Below, piece by piece: positions 11,111 through 25,000 of a stretch of DNA of 64,000 nucleotides. Made by a program: the position numbers and the translations under genes. Source of the stretch: Heteronotia binoei (lineage: Eukaryota); contig NC_083237.1 in the NCBI RefSeq assembly GCF_032191835.1, forward strand, positions 56,668,001 to 56,732,000, in the 5' to 3' direction. The notes beneath the pieces are model-generated. The model saw nothing but the letters and a program-made list of their open reading frames with translations. It was not told where the DNA came from and made no database searches. Position 1 is the first letter of the stretch; every line of letters begins with the position of its first letter.

Positions 11111-11285
11111 AGCCCTAATAGCCCAGACTTGCCTGATGTTGTCAGGGCCTGGATGTTAAGCAGAATGAGTACTTGGATGGGAAACTACCTAGGAGACTGC
11201 TATGCAGAGGAAGGCAATAGCAAACCAACTCTTTCCTTGAAAACCCCATAATGGAGCTGTCATTAATTGATTGTGACTTTACACC
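11111..11285 (+). mobile_element. Degenerate 5S-rRNA-derived SINE
   Basis: GCCTGATG..TAAGCAG..AGTACTTGGATGGGA matches the 5S internal promoter region; the 3' part is not 5S. Confidence 0.6.
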
Positions 11286-11393
11286 ACAGTTTATCTTCAG
11301 AAATTGAGGATAAACCTTTGCTGCAGCTTGTTGGTTGATAGAATTAATCGGATTTCAGATTCTGACATACTTGCTAGTTAATTACAAAAGAAG

Positions 11394-11637
11394 CACTATG
11401 GTGCAGAGTGGTAAACTGCAGTACTGCAATCCAGGCTCTGCTCACAACCTGAGTTGAATCCCAGCGGAAACTGGGTTCAGGTAACCAGCTCAAGGTTGAC
11501 TCAGTCTCAGGCTTCCATTCTTCTGAGGTCTGTAAAATCACTGCTTAGTAAAAAGTCTGCCAAGAAAATGTGATGTGATGTCACCCCATGGGTCAGTAAT
11601 GACTAGGTGCTTGCACAGGGGACTAACTTTACCTTTA
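11394..11637 (+). mobile_element. Sauria SINE (Squam1-like)
   Basis: tRNA-like head, then GGTTGACTCAG..TTCCATTCTTCTGAGGTCTGTAAAAT and tail CACAGGGGACTAACTTTACCTTT, matching the remembered Sauria SINE consensus. Confidence 0.7.
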
Positions 11638-12954
11638 CAAATTACAACTGTGAGCATTTGTTCCAGAAAACTTTCTCAGAATTGTAAAAAACCCAAAGCC
11701 CTACATTTATTAAATGTCCATGCATGTGTTTTGCATTTGTCTACAAGCCCATTAATGTTCAACACTCTCATCATGCCAAACACCACAGCTATGATTCTGG
11801 ATTTGCTTCTGGACTAAATGCATTGGAACTTCCTTGCTAATAAGATCAAATTCCACTCAACAGCCAGGTGCCTCTGGATGCTGCTGACACACATATAATG
11901 AAAGTGTTGGCCTTCTCCTGCTGTGTGATAACATGGAGTTTGTCCTGTGCAATCCAAGAATGAATTTGTTTATGAAAATAAGTGGCCAAACAGTATGCAA
12001 ATGCATTGGGCCAATTCTGATGTCCAAAAGAAATCTTTCATATGTGAGTGTTTCTAAACCTGACAAGGAAGCAGAGACCAAATGGTATAATATAATCTAG
12101 ACATTTTAAAATAATGCATTTTTCACAGCTTTCTCTCTGGAACTTTAGGTAAACTGATTCCCTGTTTTTTTAATAATATAAACCTTCAACCTGCTCAAAT
12201 CTTCTTAACCACATAATCATCAGTCTAAATATATCATTTTTTCTCTTAAGAGCACCCTATGTCTTAAAGATTATTTGATTCAACAAAAGTTATCTCTTCA
12301 CTTATTCAGGGCTTCTTTAATTTCTAACACTGTTGAAATTTCTCAAGTGTTCTGCAGTCTAAGTAAACTGACTGCTGAAACACCTTTAATTTGCTGGATC
12401 CTTGACAACAGGAGAGGGGGCAGTTTCAGGAAGCAAAACCAGCATCTTGTTAGATTAAGGTTTGTGATTATAGCAAAGAGCTTAAAGAAATAATACGAAA
12501 ATGTATTTGAAAAGCTCCCACATGAGAAAAGGCAGCTCGAACAATCAAAGGATGCTCTTGCAGAGACAACACAAACCACATAGTTCTCTGCACCACCCAG
12601 AGTGAGGAAATAAGAGCAGTCTGCATATCCCTACTATGAGTCTGTATTGCAAGTGTGTGACAGAAGTATGTTTATAATGATGGGTTTAAAAAAATAAACA
12701 ATGGTAGGACTGGGAGAGGAGGATTTACTTAACATTGCTGAAAAGTTAATGAAAGTTTTTGCCTGGTCAAATCCACCCATTCTCCATTTTCGGGGGGGAA
12801 AAATCACAAATGGCCCCAGGAGAAATGAACAAGACAGAATACTGGGTCTGGCTATTAATATCCAGAAGTCACGCAAGTTAGAAATGATAAATTGGCCAAA
12901 CACTGGTGTTAAGAAAACATGCTGCAAACAAAGAATACGCCCTTACAAAATCAG

Positions 12955-12963
12955 CATATAAAA
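12955..12963 (+). promoter_or_regulatory. TATA box of keratin gene 2
   Basis: CATATAAAA about 90 nt upstream of the ATG at 13050. Confidence 0.75.
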
Positions 12964-13049
12964 GCTTGATGCTAGTCTTACAGTTTAAACTCTCTGCATG
13001 GTTGACACTTCTGCTTTTGCATACTTGCTTGCACCTCTGTCTCAAGATT

Positions 13050-16000
13050 ATGTCTTTCTTTGGCCGTGCATCTAGGCAGGCTTGTTCTCCTCGAAGCGGC
13101 AGGGGATCTATGAAACCCTCTGGTTGTGGAATGAATAGCCTGGGTGGAGGGTCCATTGTGGGAACTTTGGGTAACCGTGGAACTTATGGCCTGGGTGGAG
13201 GGTCTGGTGCAGGAACTTTTGCAAGCAGTGGAATGTTTAGCTTTTCTTCTGGTGGAGGATCCAGTGTGGGAACTTTTGGTGCTGGGGTATCCTGTGGTGC
13301 TGAGTTAGGCTGCAGTGGCATTGGAGGGGGCACTACTGGTTGCTTTTATCCTTACAGTCCTGGCACTGCTGGTTATGATGGTAGGCTTCTCTCTGGTGGT
13401 GAAAAAGAAACCATGCAGAACCTTAATGACCGCCTGGCCTCCTACCTGGCTAAAGTACGAGCCCTGGAAGAGGCAAACGGGGACCTTGAACAAAAAATCA
13501 GAAACTGGTATGAAAGATCTAGACCACACAATGACGGAGAACCCAGTGGCTATAGCAAATACTATAGTACAATCGATGAACTCCGAAATAAGGTGAGTAG
13601 GCCCTCTATTTGAAATAGATTCTGAAGTATAATGCTCATGCTGTTGAATAATGCAGAATATAATCTACAATGGAAAGGCAGTGAAAAGGAAACCGTATAC
13701 CACCAGGGCAATATGGAGGACAGTTTGTAAATATTGTGATGTTGATGGGAACTGCCTTTTTAATTGTGCAAGTAAGTGATGACAGTCACATCCTGTGATC
13801 TTCCACTGTATGAGTTCCAATTCCTGTTCTCCATACACACATATGCACTACTGTATACCTTTTTAAACTACAAATGTCAGCATGATTGAGCTGGACAACT
13901 ATTGTACTGCACTTGTCATTCCCAATACTCTATAAACAATGCCATGAATATGGCCACAGCAAAGTTTGAAGCCTTTGTCAAGCCTAAATTTATTTATTTT
14001 TAATATTTATAACAAGGGGAGTTTAGAATGGGGAAATGATGGGCAGATATAAGTACACATATTTGTCCATTCCAAATGCCCCTCTCTCAATGCTATGTCT
14101 TAATTTTTATAAAATAATATCGACTTAAATGAAATTGCATTTAAGCTGCAGTCCACCCTTGAGGCTTCTCACACCACCCTCAGAAGTATGGCATTAAAAC
14201 TAAATAAGCTTGCCCCATCAGGAAACAGGCTATGTAAAAAGCAGAAGGCAATAGTGCATTTTCACTAAAAATCATGGGAATGTGTCCAAGGAAATAAAAC
14301 CCCACACTTTTCATTCAGTTAAAGAAATCTAGGGGGAAACCAGCAGTAATATAGCACCATCCTAGATAGATCATCCACTATATTAATTTAAGGGAAGTCC
14401 TGAATTTCCAAAAGAACATTTTACTCTTTGACTTACTCAGAAAGCTGTTGCCTATGCTGATACATTTTTGAAAATTATTTTGCCCCCCACCCCCAGGATA
14501 TGAAGTCAGAGAAATGGGAAACAATTTAAGAACATATGAGCAGCCCTAAGCCCAGGCTTTCAACCCAAATCCATGCAATTTAAAATGCTATTTCCAACAG
14601 GGGAGTTAAAAGTACAGGCTGTAAAGGCAACAGCTGTTCACTGTGGGGCTGTGACTGGGAGGTGCTAAAGCTCTCAAAAAGCCCTCTGATGGTGCACCAG
14701 AGAAAATGGCCTCTTCAAGGAGCTAATGGGAAGAAAATGTCCCAGTGCAAGCAGGACCTTTGAAAATATGCATTTTCCCATTCTCACAAACATGCATGGA
14801 CTGTGTTCTTTCCAGAAAGATCCAATTAAATCAGGTTTGAGGAAGAAAGTAGCAAAGACAGGGAAAGCCTGGGAAGTGACCAATTACAAAATGATGCTCT
14901 GTGAGGACTGCATAGAAATTTTGGGGGTGGAGCCTGAGGAAGGTGGGGTTTGGGGTGGAACTTCATGCCATAATGCCATAAAGTCCACCTTCCAAAGCAG
15001 CCATTTCCTGCAGGTGAACTGATCTCTGTCACCTGGAGAGCAGTTGTAACCCCAGAAGAACTCCAGCTACCATCTGGAGGTTGGCAAGCCTATGCTATGT
15101 AGATGCTCCCCCAGCCAAAATTTCTGTGTGGATGCAATCACCATAATTTTAAAAATTACACCAGCAAAGCAAACTATAAGAAGACGACATACATATCACC
15201 TTTTGCCCAATTTATCAATTATGCTAACAAAAAGTGTACAATTTTAATTAATCTGGTAATCGTTCACATCCAGTGATCTTTCCTTTTTCTGTTTTCACCC
15301 CCCCACCCCACCCCAGAACCTTTCAGCAAGTGTTACCAATGCTAGTGTTATCCTACAGATAGACAATGCCAGGCTGGCTGCAGATGACTTCAGAATAAAG
15401 TAAGTGGAATGGGTTTAAGAGAACTTGACAAAAGCAACCAGAACAAAAAGTAGAAAACTCACAATCAAATTACATTACAAAGCACCACAAATCATGTTGA
15501 TCACACATGTGCAGGGAGTCCTGTGCTTGGAATGTAATTCTCAGGCATGCACGGGGGCCAATTCAGATTTGACCATGGTGCATGAAGAGAGAAGCTCAAT
15601 CCTCCACCAGTGCCATTTTCCCTATGTGAACCAAAAGGAGTTCCCAACCTTTTTGAGCTTGTGGGCACCACTGGAATTCTGACACTGTATGGTGGGCACA
15701 GGCACCAAATGTCTGCCGCAAGAGGTGGACCCATCTATAAAGTGGCTGCAAGGGCATATATCTGGGGTGGCCAAACTGTGGTCCAGGAACCACATGTGGC
15801 TCTTTCACACATATTGTGTGGCTCTCAAAGCCCCTACTGCACTGTTGGCTAACTTGGAGAAGGCATTTGTCTCTTTAGATCACTTCTCCAAACCAAACCA
15901 GCCGGCGGCTTGGAGAATACATTTACAGTTAAAGTTGCTTTCTTTCCACTTCCTCTGTCCTCCTCCCCATCTATATTTGCTTTCTTTCCAGCTTTCATTC

Positions 16001-19000
16001 CTTGTGGCTCTCAAACATCTGATATTAAAGTTTTGTGGCTCTCAAGCATCTGACTTTTATTCTATGTAGCTCTTATGTTAAGCATGTTTGGCCATCCCTG
16101 GCCTATATTCAGCCACACAATTAAGATTCCTGTGCCATGGTGGCCATTGCTGCCAAAGCAGCATTTTTAAAAGTCTGGACATCCAATCAGATCTCCAATG
16201 GCCAATCAGAAGCCTTGCTGTGCAAAATTCATTGGCTCCAACCACTTTCTAAAAACACTTGGCGGGCATCCCTGCACTAATGCATATAATGATGGCGACA
16301 TGGACATTTATCCATGGAAACAAACAGCTCCATGGGTTTTTTTCAATCCTTAAAATGGTACATGAGGGAAGGCTAAATCCCCCTCTTCACATACTGTGGT
16401 CCCAACCCAAACTGCGCCCTCACATGCTGGGTAATTAACTTCTGAGCATGGAACGTTTGATGTATGTAAAATACTGGGTTTGATGGTAAGAATGAGGACT
16501 CCAAGCATAGTGATCAGCAACTTTACTGCAGATTTCAGCAACTATGTACAAGCATGCAAACTCCAGACCACAGCCTGGTTATATACTGTTAATCTCCTCC
16601 CTGCTCCCAATTTACAGATGCATTCAAACAGGCCCTCAAGCCCCCTACAGGTAGTCCAGTGCAGCCCTTCCATCCAGACTGCGGCTGCTGCAATCCTAGT
16701 GCTCTATTGTCTTTTGGTTTCGTGCTCACAAAGTCCCTAGGAAACTTCAGCCCAGACATAACAATGCACATCTAATCAACCAGAGATGTGGAGGACGCAA
16801 GTACTCTGCAATGTGGGAACTGGATGTCAAACAATGGCAATCAAATAATGCAGGGGTGGCCAATGGTAGCTCTCCAGATGTGTTTTTGCCTACAACTCCC
16901 ATCAGCCCCAGCCATTGGCCATGCTGGCTGGGGCTGATGGGAGATGTAGGCAAAAAACATCTGGAGAGCTACCGTTGGCCACCCCTGAAATAATAGGTCA
17001 AGAAATATGATACCCACACAATAAAAGTTTAGTAGTTCCAAACCTTGGAGATGTAAATCGTTGCAGCAATAATCAGAAGGTTCCAGGGGGCTGCTGGTTC
17101 AACTCTCAGATCAAGAGGCACTAAGATTATGAGGAGGAGGAGGATGGATTTATACCCCCCCTCACAGAGTCCCAGAGCAGCTTATAATCACCTTCCCTTC
17201 CTCTTCCTACAAAAGATACCCTGTGGGGTAGGTGGGGCTGAGAGAGCTCTGAGAGAATTGTGACTGGCCCAAGGTCACCCAGCTGGCTTCATGTGGAGGA
17301 GGGGAAATCAAACCCAGTTCTCCCAGTTAAGAGCCCATGTTTTTAACCATTACACCAAACAGGAAAGAATATTTTCCTGGGAGTAAGTTCCAAGTATACT
17401 TGTTTAGGATTGCTCCCTATAGCCTTAGGCAAATTACTATCTCTCAGACTTAGGGTGTTTTTACATTCAGTTTGATCCAGAGTTTTAGAGTCTTCAAATC
17501 ACCTGCCACTGTTCCGCTTTAATTATTTTCCTTTTACATTTAAGCATTTCAATTTGGGGGGGGGGGGGGGGAGGTGTCTCTGATCAGAGGGCAGCCAGAA
17601 TACCAGTGCTAAGTTAAATGTATACGATTGCTTGGAAATCATGTCAACACTGCAAAAACAATACAAATTTAAATTACTAGATGAGGCAAGCAATGATATG
17701 TAAAAATTTCAAGTGCTGTCAGTTCTCATGCAAATTACTGCACCTTGTGGTGGCTTTTGGAGGAGTCTTTTAAAGCACATGAAAACTTCTACAATACAAG
17801 TTTGAAACGCCTGTAGAGAAACGACCAGATCAAAACTAGTGTGGAGAAAAACGTTGCAGGAGCAGCTCCAAAACTCATCTCACTGAAACAAATGTAAATG
17901 CTTCAGACAGCAACGATGCAAAACAGTTGTGAGAACGTTAGGTAATGTAAAAGGTGAGTTTCCAATTTGGTGATAGAGAGTCACAAACTGCCAGTGTATA
18001 AACACCCTTAGTCCTTCATTTGTATATGGGGTTAATAACCCTGGCCCGTTTTATATGGCTATTATAAAGATTGTTGTTCAGTCGCACAGTCGAGTCCGAC
18101 TCTTTGCAACCCCATGGACAAAGTCACGCCAGGCCCTCCTGTCTTCCACCATCCTCCGAATTATAAAGATTACTGTGCTAATATAGGAAGAGAGCTTTAA
18201 AGTGCTGAACAAATGCTAAATATTAATAACTTTAAAAAAAAACTTTTTTCAGATATGAAAATGAGATGTTCCTTCGTCAGAGTGCTGAAGCAGACATCAA
18301 TGGGCTGCATAAAGTACTCAATGACTTGACTTTGTGCAAGAGTGACCTGGAAATGCAGATTGAAAATGAGACTGAAGAGCTGGCCTTCCTCAAGAAGAAC
18401 CATATAGAGGTAAGGTAGCAATTTTGCCAAAACAGACTACAAATTTATCATGTACAAACTTTGGCAATTCACAGTTGGTGGACCTAAGATATACAGTATT
18501 CAGCGACAAAAGCAACTATACTACTAACAGATGCTTCGTTGATCCCCACAAACTTCAGTGAGACTAACAGTGGTATCCGTGGTCATTTAGTGCCCTACAA
18601 GAGGGTGAAACATGATTGTATTTGCAGAATATCCCATTGCCCTACCAATATAAGTTCCTGCGAGGGTTGCCAACCTCCAGGTGGGCCTTGAATATATCCA
18701 GATGACAGAGCTCAATTCCACTGGAGAAAATGGCTACTTTGAAGGGCAGATTCTGTGACATTATATCCTGCTGGAGTCCCTCCATCCCTAAACTCTGCCC
18801 TCTCTAGGCTCCACCTCCCAAATCTCCAGGAATTTCCCCAACTGGAGCTGGCAACACTTGGTTCCTCTTACATTTCCCCTCCCCAATTAGTGGAATGAAA
18901 AAGGAAGTTCTGTTTGAATATTTCCATCAAATGGCTTCTTTCTTACTCCTTCTATCCCTCTTCCATCCCTCCTGTCTGCAAAAAGTGCCCTGTATCAGCG

Positions 19001-22000
19001 TATTACACAGTGCCCTTGAGATGGTGCAGCTAAAGTGCTCCATAACTGTTAATATATTCCCAAAATATCTTCATGTAATTCCTAACTGCATTACATAAAG
19101 GACTGTAAAAGCAACAGGTTTACTTACTTTGAAATTTGCATAACCACCACCTCAAAGGGCCTTTCTGTAGGGTCAATCACACAGCCAATTTAATAGTACT
19201 GTAAAATCTTTAGCCCTTTTCAGTTTTAAGCATATGTGGGCACACTGCATGTGACCATCGCACGATGCACAATCCCCATTTTGTCTGAAAGAGACAATAC
19301 AGATGTTTTCAGCCTGCTTCTAGTTTGTGTGTACTGAAAGATGCACATTTTCCCCTTGCAGTCAAAATAGCAATTCCACGTTTCAGGAGGACTGTGTGTA
19401 GAGTGTGGTAAAATCTATCAACTAGAAAGGCCTCGACACAACAGCAAAATATTCTGTTACAATATGTGTCTCCTACTTACTATTTATTTATTTAGCCTGC
19501 ATGCTGGCATGCTGTCCTGTCATCATTCACTGCAGCCCAAAACAAATAAAAGCAATACAAATAATCTCAAGGTGCCAAAAATGGCACATCAAGTTTAATT
19601 CAACAAATGGAATGCAAGTGAGGAAGAATGAGACATTAGGTAACTTCACTAATCATTGCACACACTTGCTACTGCAAACTGTCTTCCCTTGGTTTTATGG
19701 CACCCTCCTACATCATTTGCAAAATAATAAACTATAAACTAAAATAATAAATTATAAACCCATGAATGCCTTTGTCCTTTGTGCAACCATGTCCTGCATC
19801 GTAACCATAATGGCAATGACTCTGAGGTATCTCACAGGTGGAGTGGGGGAGATGTTGGAGGCTGTTCTTAAAAGCAACAAGCAACAAGTGAATTTCTGCG
19901 GGAAAGAAATTCCCCAATAAGAGTGCCATGTCACAAACAGAAGACAATAGTGCTTGCTCACTTAATTTCAGGACACGCAGAACAGGGCAGATGATAGCTC
20001 TTAAACAGTGGGCAGATTCATATGGGAACAGGTGGTCCTTTAAATTCTTTATATCTGATGCTGTAACTATGCAATCATTTAGATATACTGGGGGAAACTG
20101 TTAAAACTATTAATGTTAAATTATTAAATAAAACTCAAAAACATTGTGGAAAGAACTGATGTAGACTTTATTTTGTCCTTTTAATCAAAAATTAAAACAA
20201 TCTTGATGTGGTAGTGGAAAAAGCAGTATAGGAAAATGCCAGCAAAATATTTGGCTGGCATTCATGGATTTGCCAAAGTGCTGTTTACATAAACATATAC
20301 ATTATTTGACAATGTGGAAAGGGAGGCAACAAGAAGATTTGTGACTAATTGATCTGTTTATCTTGTATTAGAATCATACATATGTGCAGTGATAACATAT
20401 ATTATTTTCAAGTGGTTTTGCATTTAAATATTTTATTTTTTAAAAAGGAAGAATCCAAAATTCCATTGAGCTAAAACTCCTCAACACAAATCAAAATCAT
20501 CTACCTGTTCACAAATGAATCTACATAATTCAGGCAATACTAAAAAATCAAAGTAGATTTTAAAATTATTATTATTACATAAAAATGAACAAATATTGGC
20601 CATTTTCATTATCCTTTTGAGCAAATGGCAGTACATTCTATCAAGATAAGAGAATGGAATAGATCTAAGACAAAATGACTTACACAACAAAAGAGTTTAT
20701 GACTCACACTTCAAGAAGCAAATTCCAGGTCCTGTGTAGGTGCTGGAGGAAAGTGCTGTAAAGTCACAGCTGATTTAAGGTGGACCCAATAGGGTTTTGA
20801 AGGCCACTGCTTGCCTCCACATCACACCCCTGGTATTATTTGGAGATCTCCCATCCAAATACTAGCCAGGGCCAACTTGCTTAGCTTCTGAGATGTACTG
20901 AGATCATTCTAGCCTGGGCCATCCAGGTCAATACTCTATAGTGATTACAAATCACTTAAACTTCAGTAATGTTACAACAACTACACCCCATTAATTTCCT
21001 CTTTGGTTGAAAACAAAAAGACCTGGGCTGTAAGTGCAGAACATTTGTGTGCATGATGTTGTCTCTCTAACTTAAAATGGGAATATACAATACCATTTTG
21101 TTATCAGCAAAGCAAGTTAATAGTTTGTTATTTGAATGCTAAACAATCTGTCTTACTAACCCAGCAAATGAGCAGTAAAAACTGCATAACACCATCAAAT
21201 AGGAAAAGGCCTAGGGAGTTCTCTCATTACTAATTGCATCCTCAATATCCAATTGGTACCCATGCAGCAAAGTTAGTTATATTATCCGAAGTACAAAATC
21301 TTACAGTTGGATTGCTAGGAAAATGCATTATCTCTACAATAGGCGCAAAAGCTTGAGAAAGTCTTCCAAATTACGTGAAACAAAAGAGAAACAGTCATAA
21401 AATGTAATTACGCATTCTTGAGGGGTGAAGTGTCTATAACTGTGGCTGCTGTTTTGATGAGAAAGTGGGTATGCATTTTTTGTTCCCTCAAACAAAACTT
21501 TAAAAATATTTGTTACCAGTTTTAACTTTTGCTATAGTTAAAACACTTTTCCCAACCAAGCACTTTCCCCTGTGCATATTCCCACATTCTCCCATAATAA
21601 AAAAAAATGGTGGGTAAATGGTGGGTATAGAATTTCCAAAAATGTTAAAAAGATTACTGTCTCAAAATGCATAAAGTGAGACGGTGTTGTTACTGTGCAT
21701 ATGCAGAAAACATATAAACCATTTCATGTATTTCCTATGAAATTATCGAGTCTTCCCCCACCCCCCTTTCTATGTAGGAAATGAAAGATTTGCAAGGCAC
21801 CGCATCTGGAGATGTCAATGTTGAAATTAACGCCATCCCAGGAACTGACCTAACCACACTTTTGAACAGGATGAGAGAAGAGTATGAGTCTCTGGCAGAG
21901 CAAAATCGTAAAGATGCCGAAAGCTGGTTCAATAAAAAGGTAAATTGCCAGTCACGTGTGCAGAAATCTACATGGTAGTGTATCATACCCCACACTAAAT

Positions 22001-25000
22001 TAACACACAATCTGCCCATCCTGCCATTCCCCATGGCATCTGATTCAAGAACCGACCTCAAGAACTAATTCCAAGATTTACTGGGCTTGTGGATAGACAC
22101 CAAAGGCACACAGAGAATTAAAGCAGTAAGTCTCACTTCAAAATTCCCCAAAGAGATTCCCCTCCCCACATTGTTTACTGTATGCCTATAAACATAGCAG
22201 GTGGCACTAACAGATTAGCCATGAAAGCAATGCATGTGAGACTGCAAATCAGATACATTTAAATTTGCTCAGATGCATCCAAATAGCTTACCAAACTTTT
22301 AGCTTCCTGTTGATGACCAGGAAGCAGAATATGAGATGAACCTGCTATAAAAAAAAAATTATGACCTCTGAGTGTTCCTCATTTCTTTCATTCCCTTTTG
22401 AGCCTTCAATTCATTGTTTTTTCCTTCTCCCCTTCACCAGACCTCCCCTCCAAACTTTTAGAAGGAGCCATTTATTATCATTACTCTTGTAATCCTTCAC
22501 AAGTTCTTACCTGGTATTACAGAATTCTATTTTAGTCATGTTCATGCATTACTGCAGAGCAAAGAATTAAACATGAAGATCAACATGAGTGTTAAGGAGA
22601 CCAGCACCAACAAGACTGAGATCACAGACCTGAGACGCACCCTTCAAGCTCTGGAAATAGATTTGAAATCTCAACTTGCTTTGGTATGGGCAAACCCTAT
22701 TTTATACATTCAGGAGGTTAAAAAAAAACTGAGGCTAATTGAAAGGATCAACAGAAATAGCAAGCACTCCTGATCTGCTTCTTGCTGATTCTGTGCTTGA
22801 GGCTCAACGCTAGGCAGCAACATTTTTGATGGATCACCTATAATTCTGCCAACCTCCAGACGGGGCCTGGAAACGTCAAAGAATTACAACAGATCACCAG
22901 ACTGCATGATGTGTATTTATTACTTATTTAAAACATTTATTCCGCTTCTCCTGGAGAGAATGGCTGCTTTAGAAGGTAGACTGCACAGTGTCAGGGCTTT
23001 TTTTGTAGCAGGAACTCCTTTGCATATTAGGCCACACACCCCAGATGTAGCCAGTCCTCCAAGAGTTTACAAGGTTCTTACTACAGGGCCTATTGTAAGT
23101 CCCAAGAGGATTGGCAACATCAGGGAGGGTGGCCTAATTTGCAGAGGAGTGCCTGCTAAAAAAAAGCCCTGCACGGCACTATATTCTACCCAGGTCCCTC
23201 CCCTCCCTAAACCCCAGTCTTCCGGGCTCCACCCTCTAATCTCCAGGTGTTTCCAGTCCTGTAGCTGGCAACCCCAATCTTCTGGCCAACTCATTATGAG
23301 ATTCATTTACTATATCTGTGAAGAAAAATAGATTCAGTTAAGTAATTCCTTAAGGCTTTCTATTTTAATAACGATGTTCCAAATAGTTCAAGAACAGAAT
23401 GTCATCTAACCAGTTACAGCAACTCAGACAGATTCATTAAGAAAACCATTTATTTGATCTACAGCCAGTTCCATTCCAAAGACCCTGAACAGGCGACAAC
23501 ATGTTGGAAACAAAACTCTTACGAACAGTATTCAAAGAACTACAACAACTAGTTTTGTGTATCCCATAGGGTTTGGGCTTACATTTTTCACATAAAAACC
23601 CACCATGCAACCTTAAATACATAATCTGAACAGCACATTTTGGGGGTTGTGTTCACAGAGGCACAGTAAATAAACAACTCAAGACAGCTTACACATGGAT
23701 GTGTCTCCAAAAGTGCATAGAACTTTCTCTTTGCATAAAAATAATGTTTTCCTTCAAAGACATGCTGCAATAGCAACCTTTTGAAATGTTGATTGTCTAA
23801 AACAAGCCCTGGGTTAATTATGCATTTCATTCTTTTCTACATCAGAGGCAATCACTTGAAGCTACTTTGGCAGAATCAGAAAGTCGCTATTGTGCCCAGC
23901 TCCTGCAAATGCAAGGGCTGATCAGCAATGTGGAGACCCAAGTGCACCAGATAAGAGAGGACATGGAATGCCAAAATACAGACTATAGACAACTTTTGGA
24001 CATTAAGATCCGTCTGGAGAATGAGATCGAGACCTATCGGCATTTGATTGATGGAGAAGCAAGGTACAAAGCAACAAAAAATAGCCCAAAAAAGTACACA
24101 AGCCAGATTTTTCATAAATAGCTGATAACGTTGGGAATTTCACCAGCTGGCCTGTAAGCTGTCTACTGTAGTACAAACAGTATGTTGGTTGCACATCAGA
24201 TGCACCCCAGGCCAGCATAAATGAGCAACCACCTAGAGTGCAACCAACAAGAGAGCAACCAACTAGAGGGCTGTCCAATGCCACTTCAAGGGTTTCTTTT
24301 TTCTCTAAACAGCTACATTTTTTTTTCATGCAACAGTTCAGTTTATAGCAGTTCTGCCACAACTTCAAGGGCACATAAACCCTTGGACCCTGGACCACCA
24401 TCCATTGTGGCTTACCTTGAAAATTCTTTGTCTATCAGCCATGGCCACCTCACAGTTATTTATAGTTGGGGATTAAGGTAACAGTAAACCACATTTATTC
24501 TCCACTCATGAGGAAACAGTTGAGGAATCAGGTGGTCACTCCAATGAGAGAAAGTTTGGAAGTCTACCAGCAGGACACAGAATTGGGATGTCATTAGAAA
24601 TGTTTGATGTTGTCCCCCCCAAAAAATCAAGAAATATCTAACCTATTTTAAGCCATGAAAAACGCTTCTCTTATTCTGTATTGTTGTTTTACTTTTTTAT
24701 GCAATTACAGCATAGTTTCTTGATTAATCCCAGAGGAAAAGCTTTTATGACTGCCATCTTGTAAAACTTCACATGAAAGACAGTAAAACATACAGTGATA
24801 GAACCATAGAATCATAGAGTTGGAAGGGACCTCTAGGGTCATCTAGTCCAGCCCCCTGCACAATGCAGGAAACTCACAAACACTTCCCCCTAAATTCACA
24901 GGATCTTCATTGCTGTCAGATGGCCATCTAGCCTCTGTTTAAAAACCTCCAAGGAAGGAGAGCCCACCACCTCCCAAGAAAGCCTGTTCCACTGAGGAAT

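Noticed and set aside
12906-13049. Apparent N-terminal extensions of the exon-1 ORFs (genes 1-4 in the ORF track)
   Set aside because: They start at non-ATG codons; in gene 2 the extension also runs through the TATA box. The first ATG after the TATA box was used in each gene.
17556-17572. Poly-G runs (also about 34835-34853 and 31349-31359) and small tandem duplications (5766-5826, 32047-32110, 42153-42198, 63857-63905)
   Set aside because: Ordinary slippage products or possible sequencing artefacts with no supporting context.
24003-24401. 132-aa antisense ORF with [15 protein letters not shown] repeats that look like a keratin-associated protein
   Set aside because: It reflects three copies of a 15-bp intronic tandem repeat (about 24222-24266); there is no promoter or poly(A) support and it overlaps exon 6 antisense.
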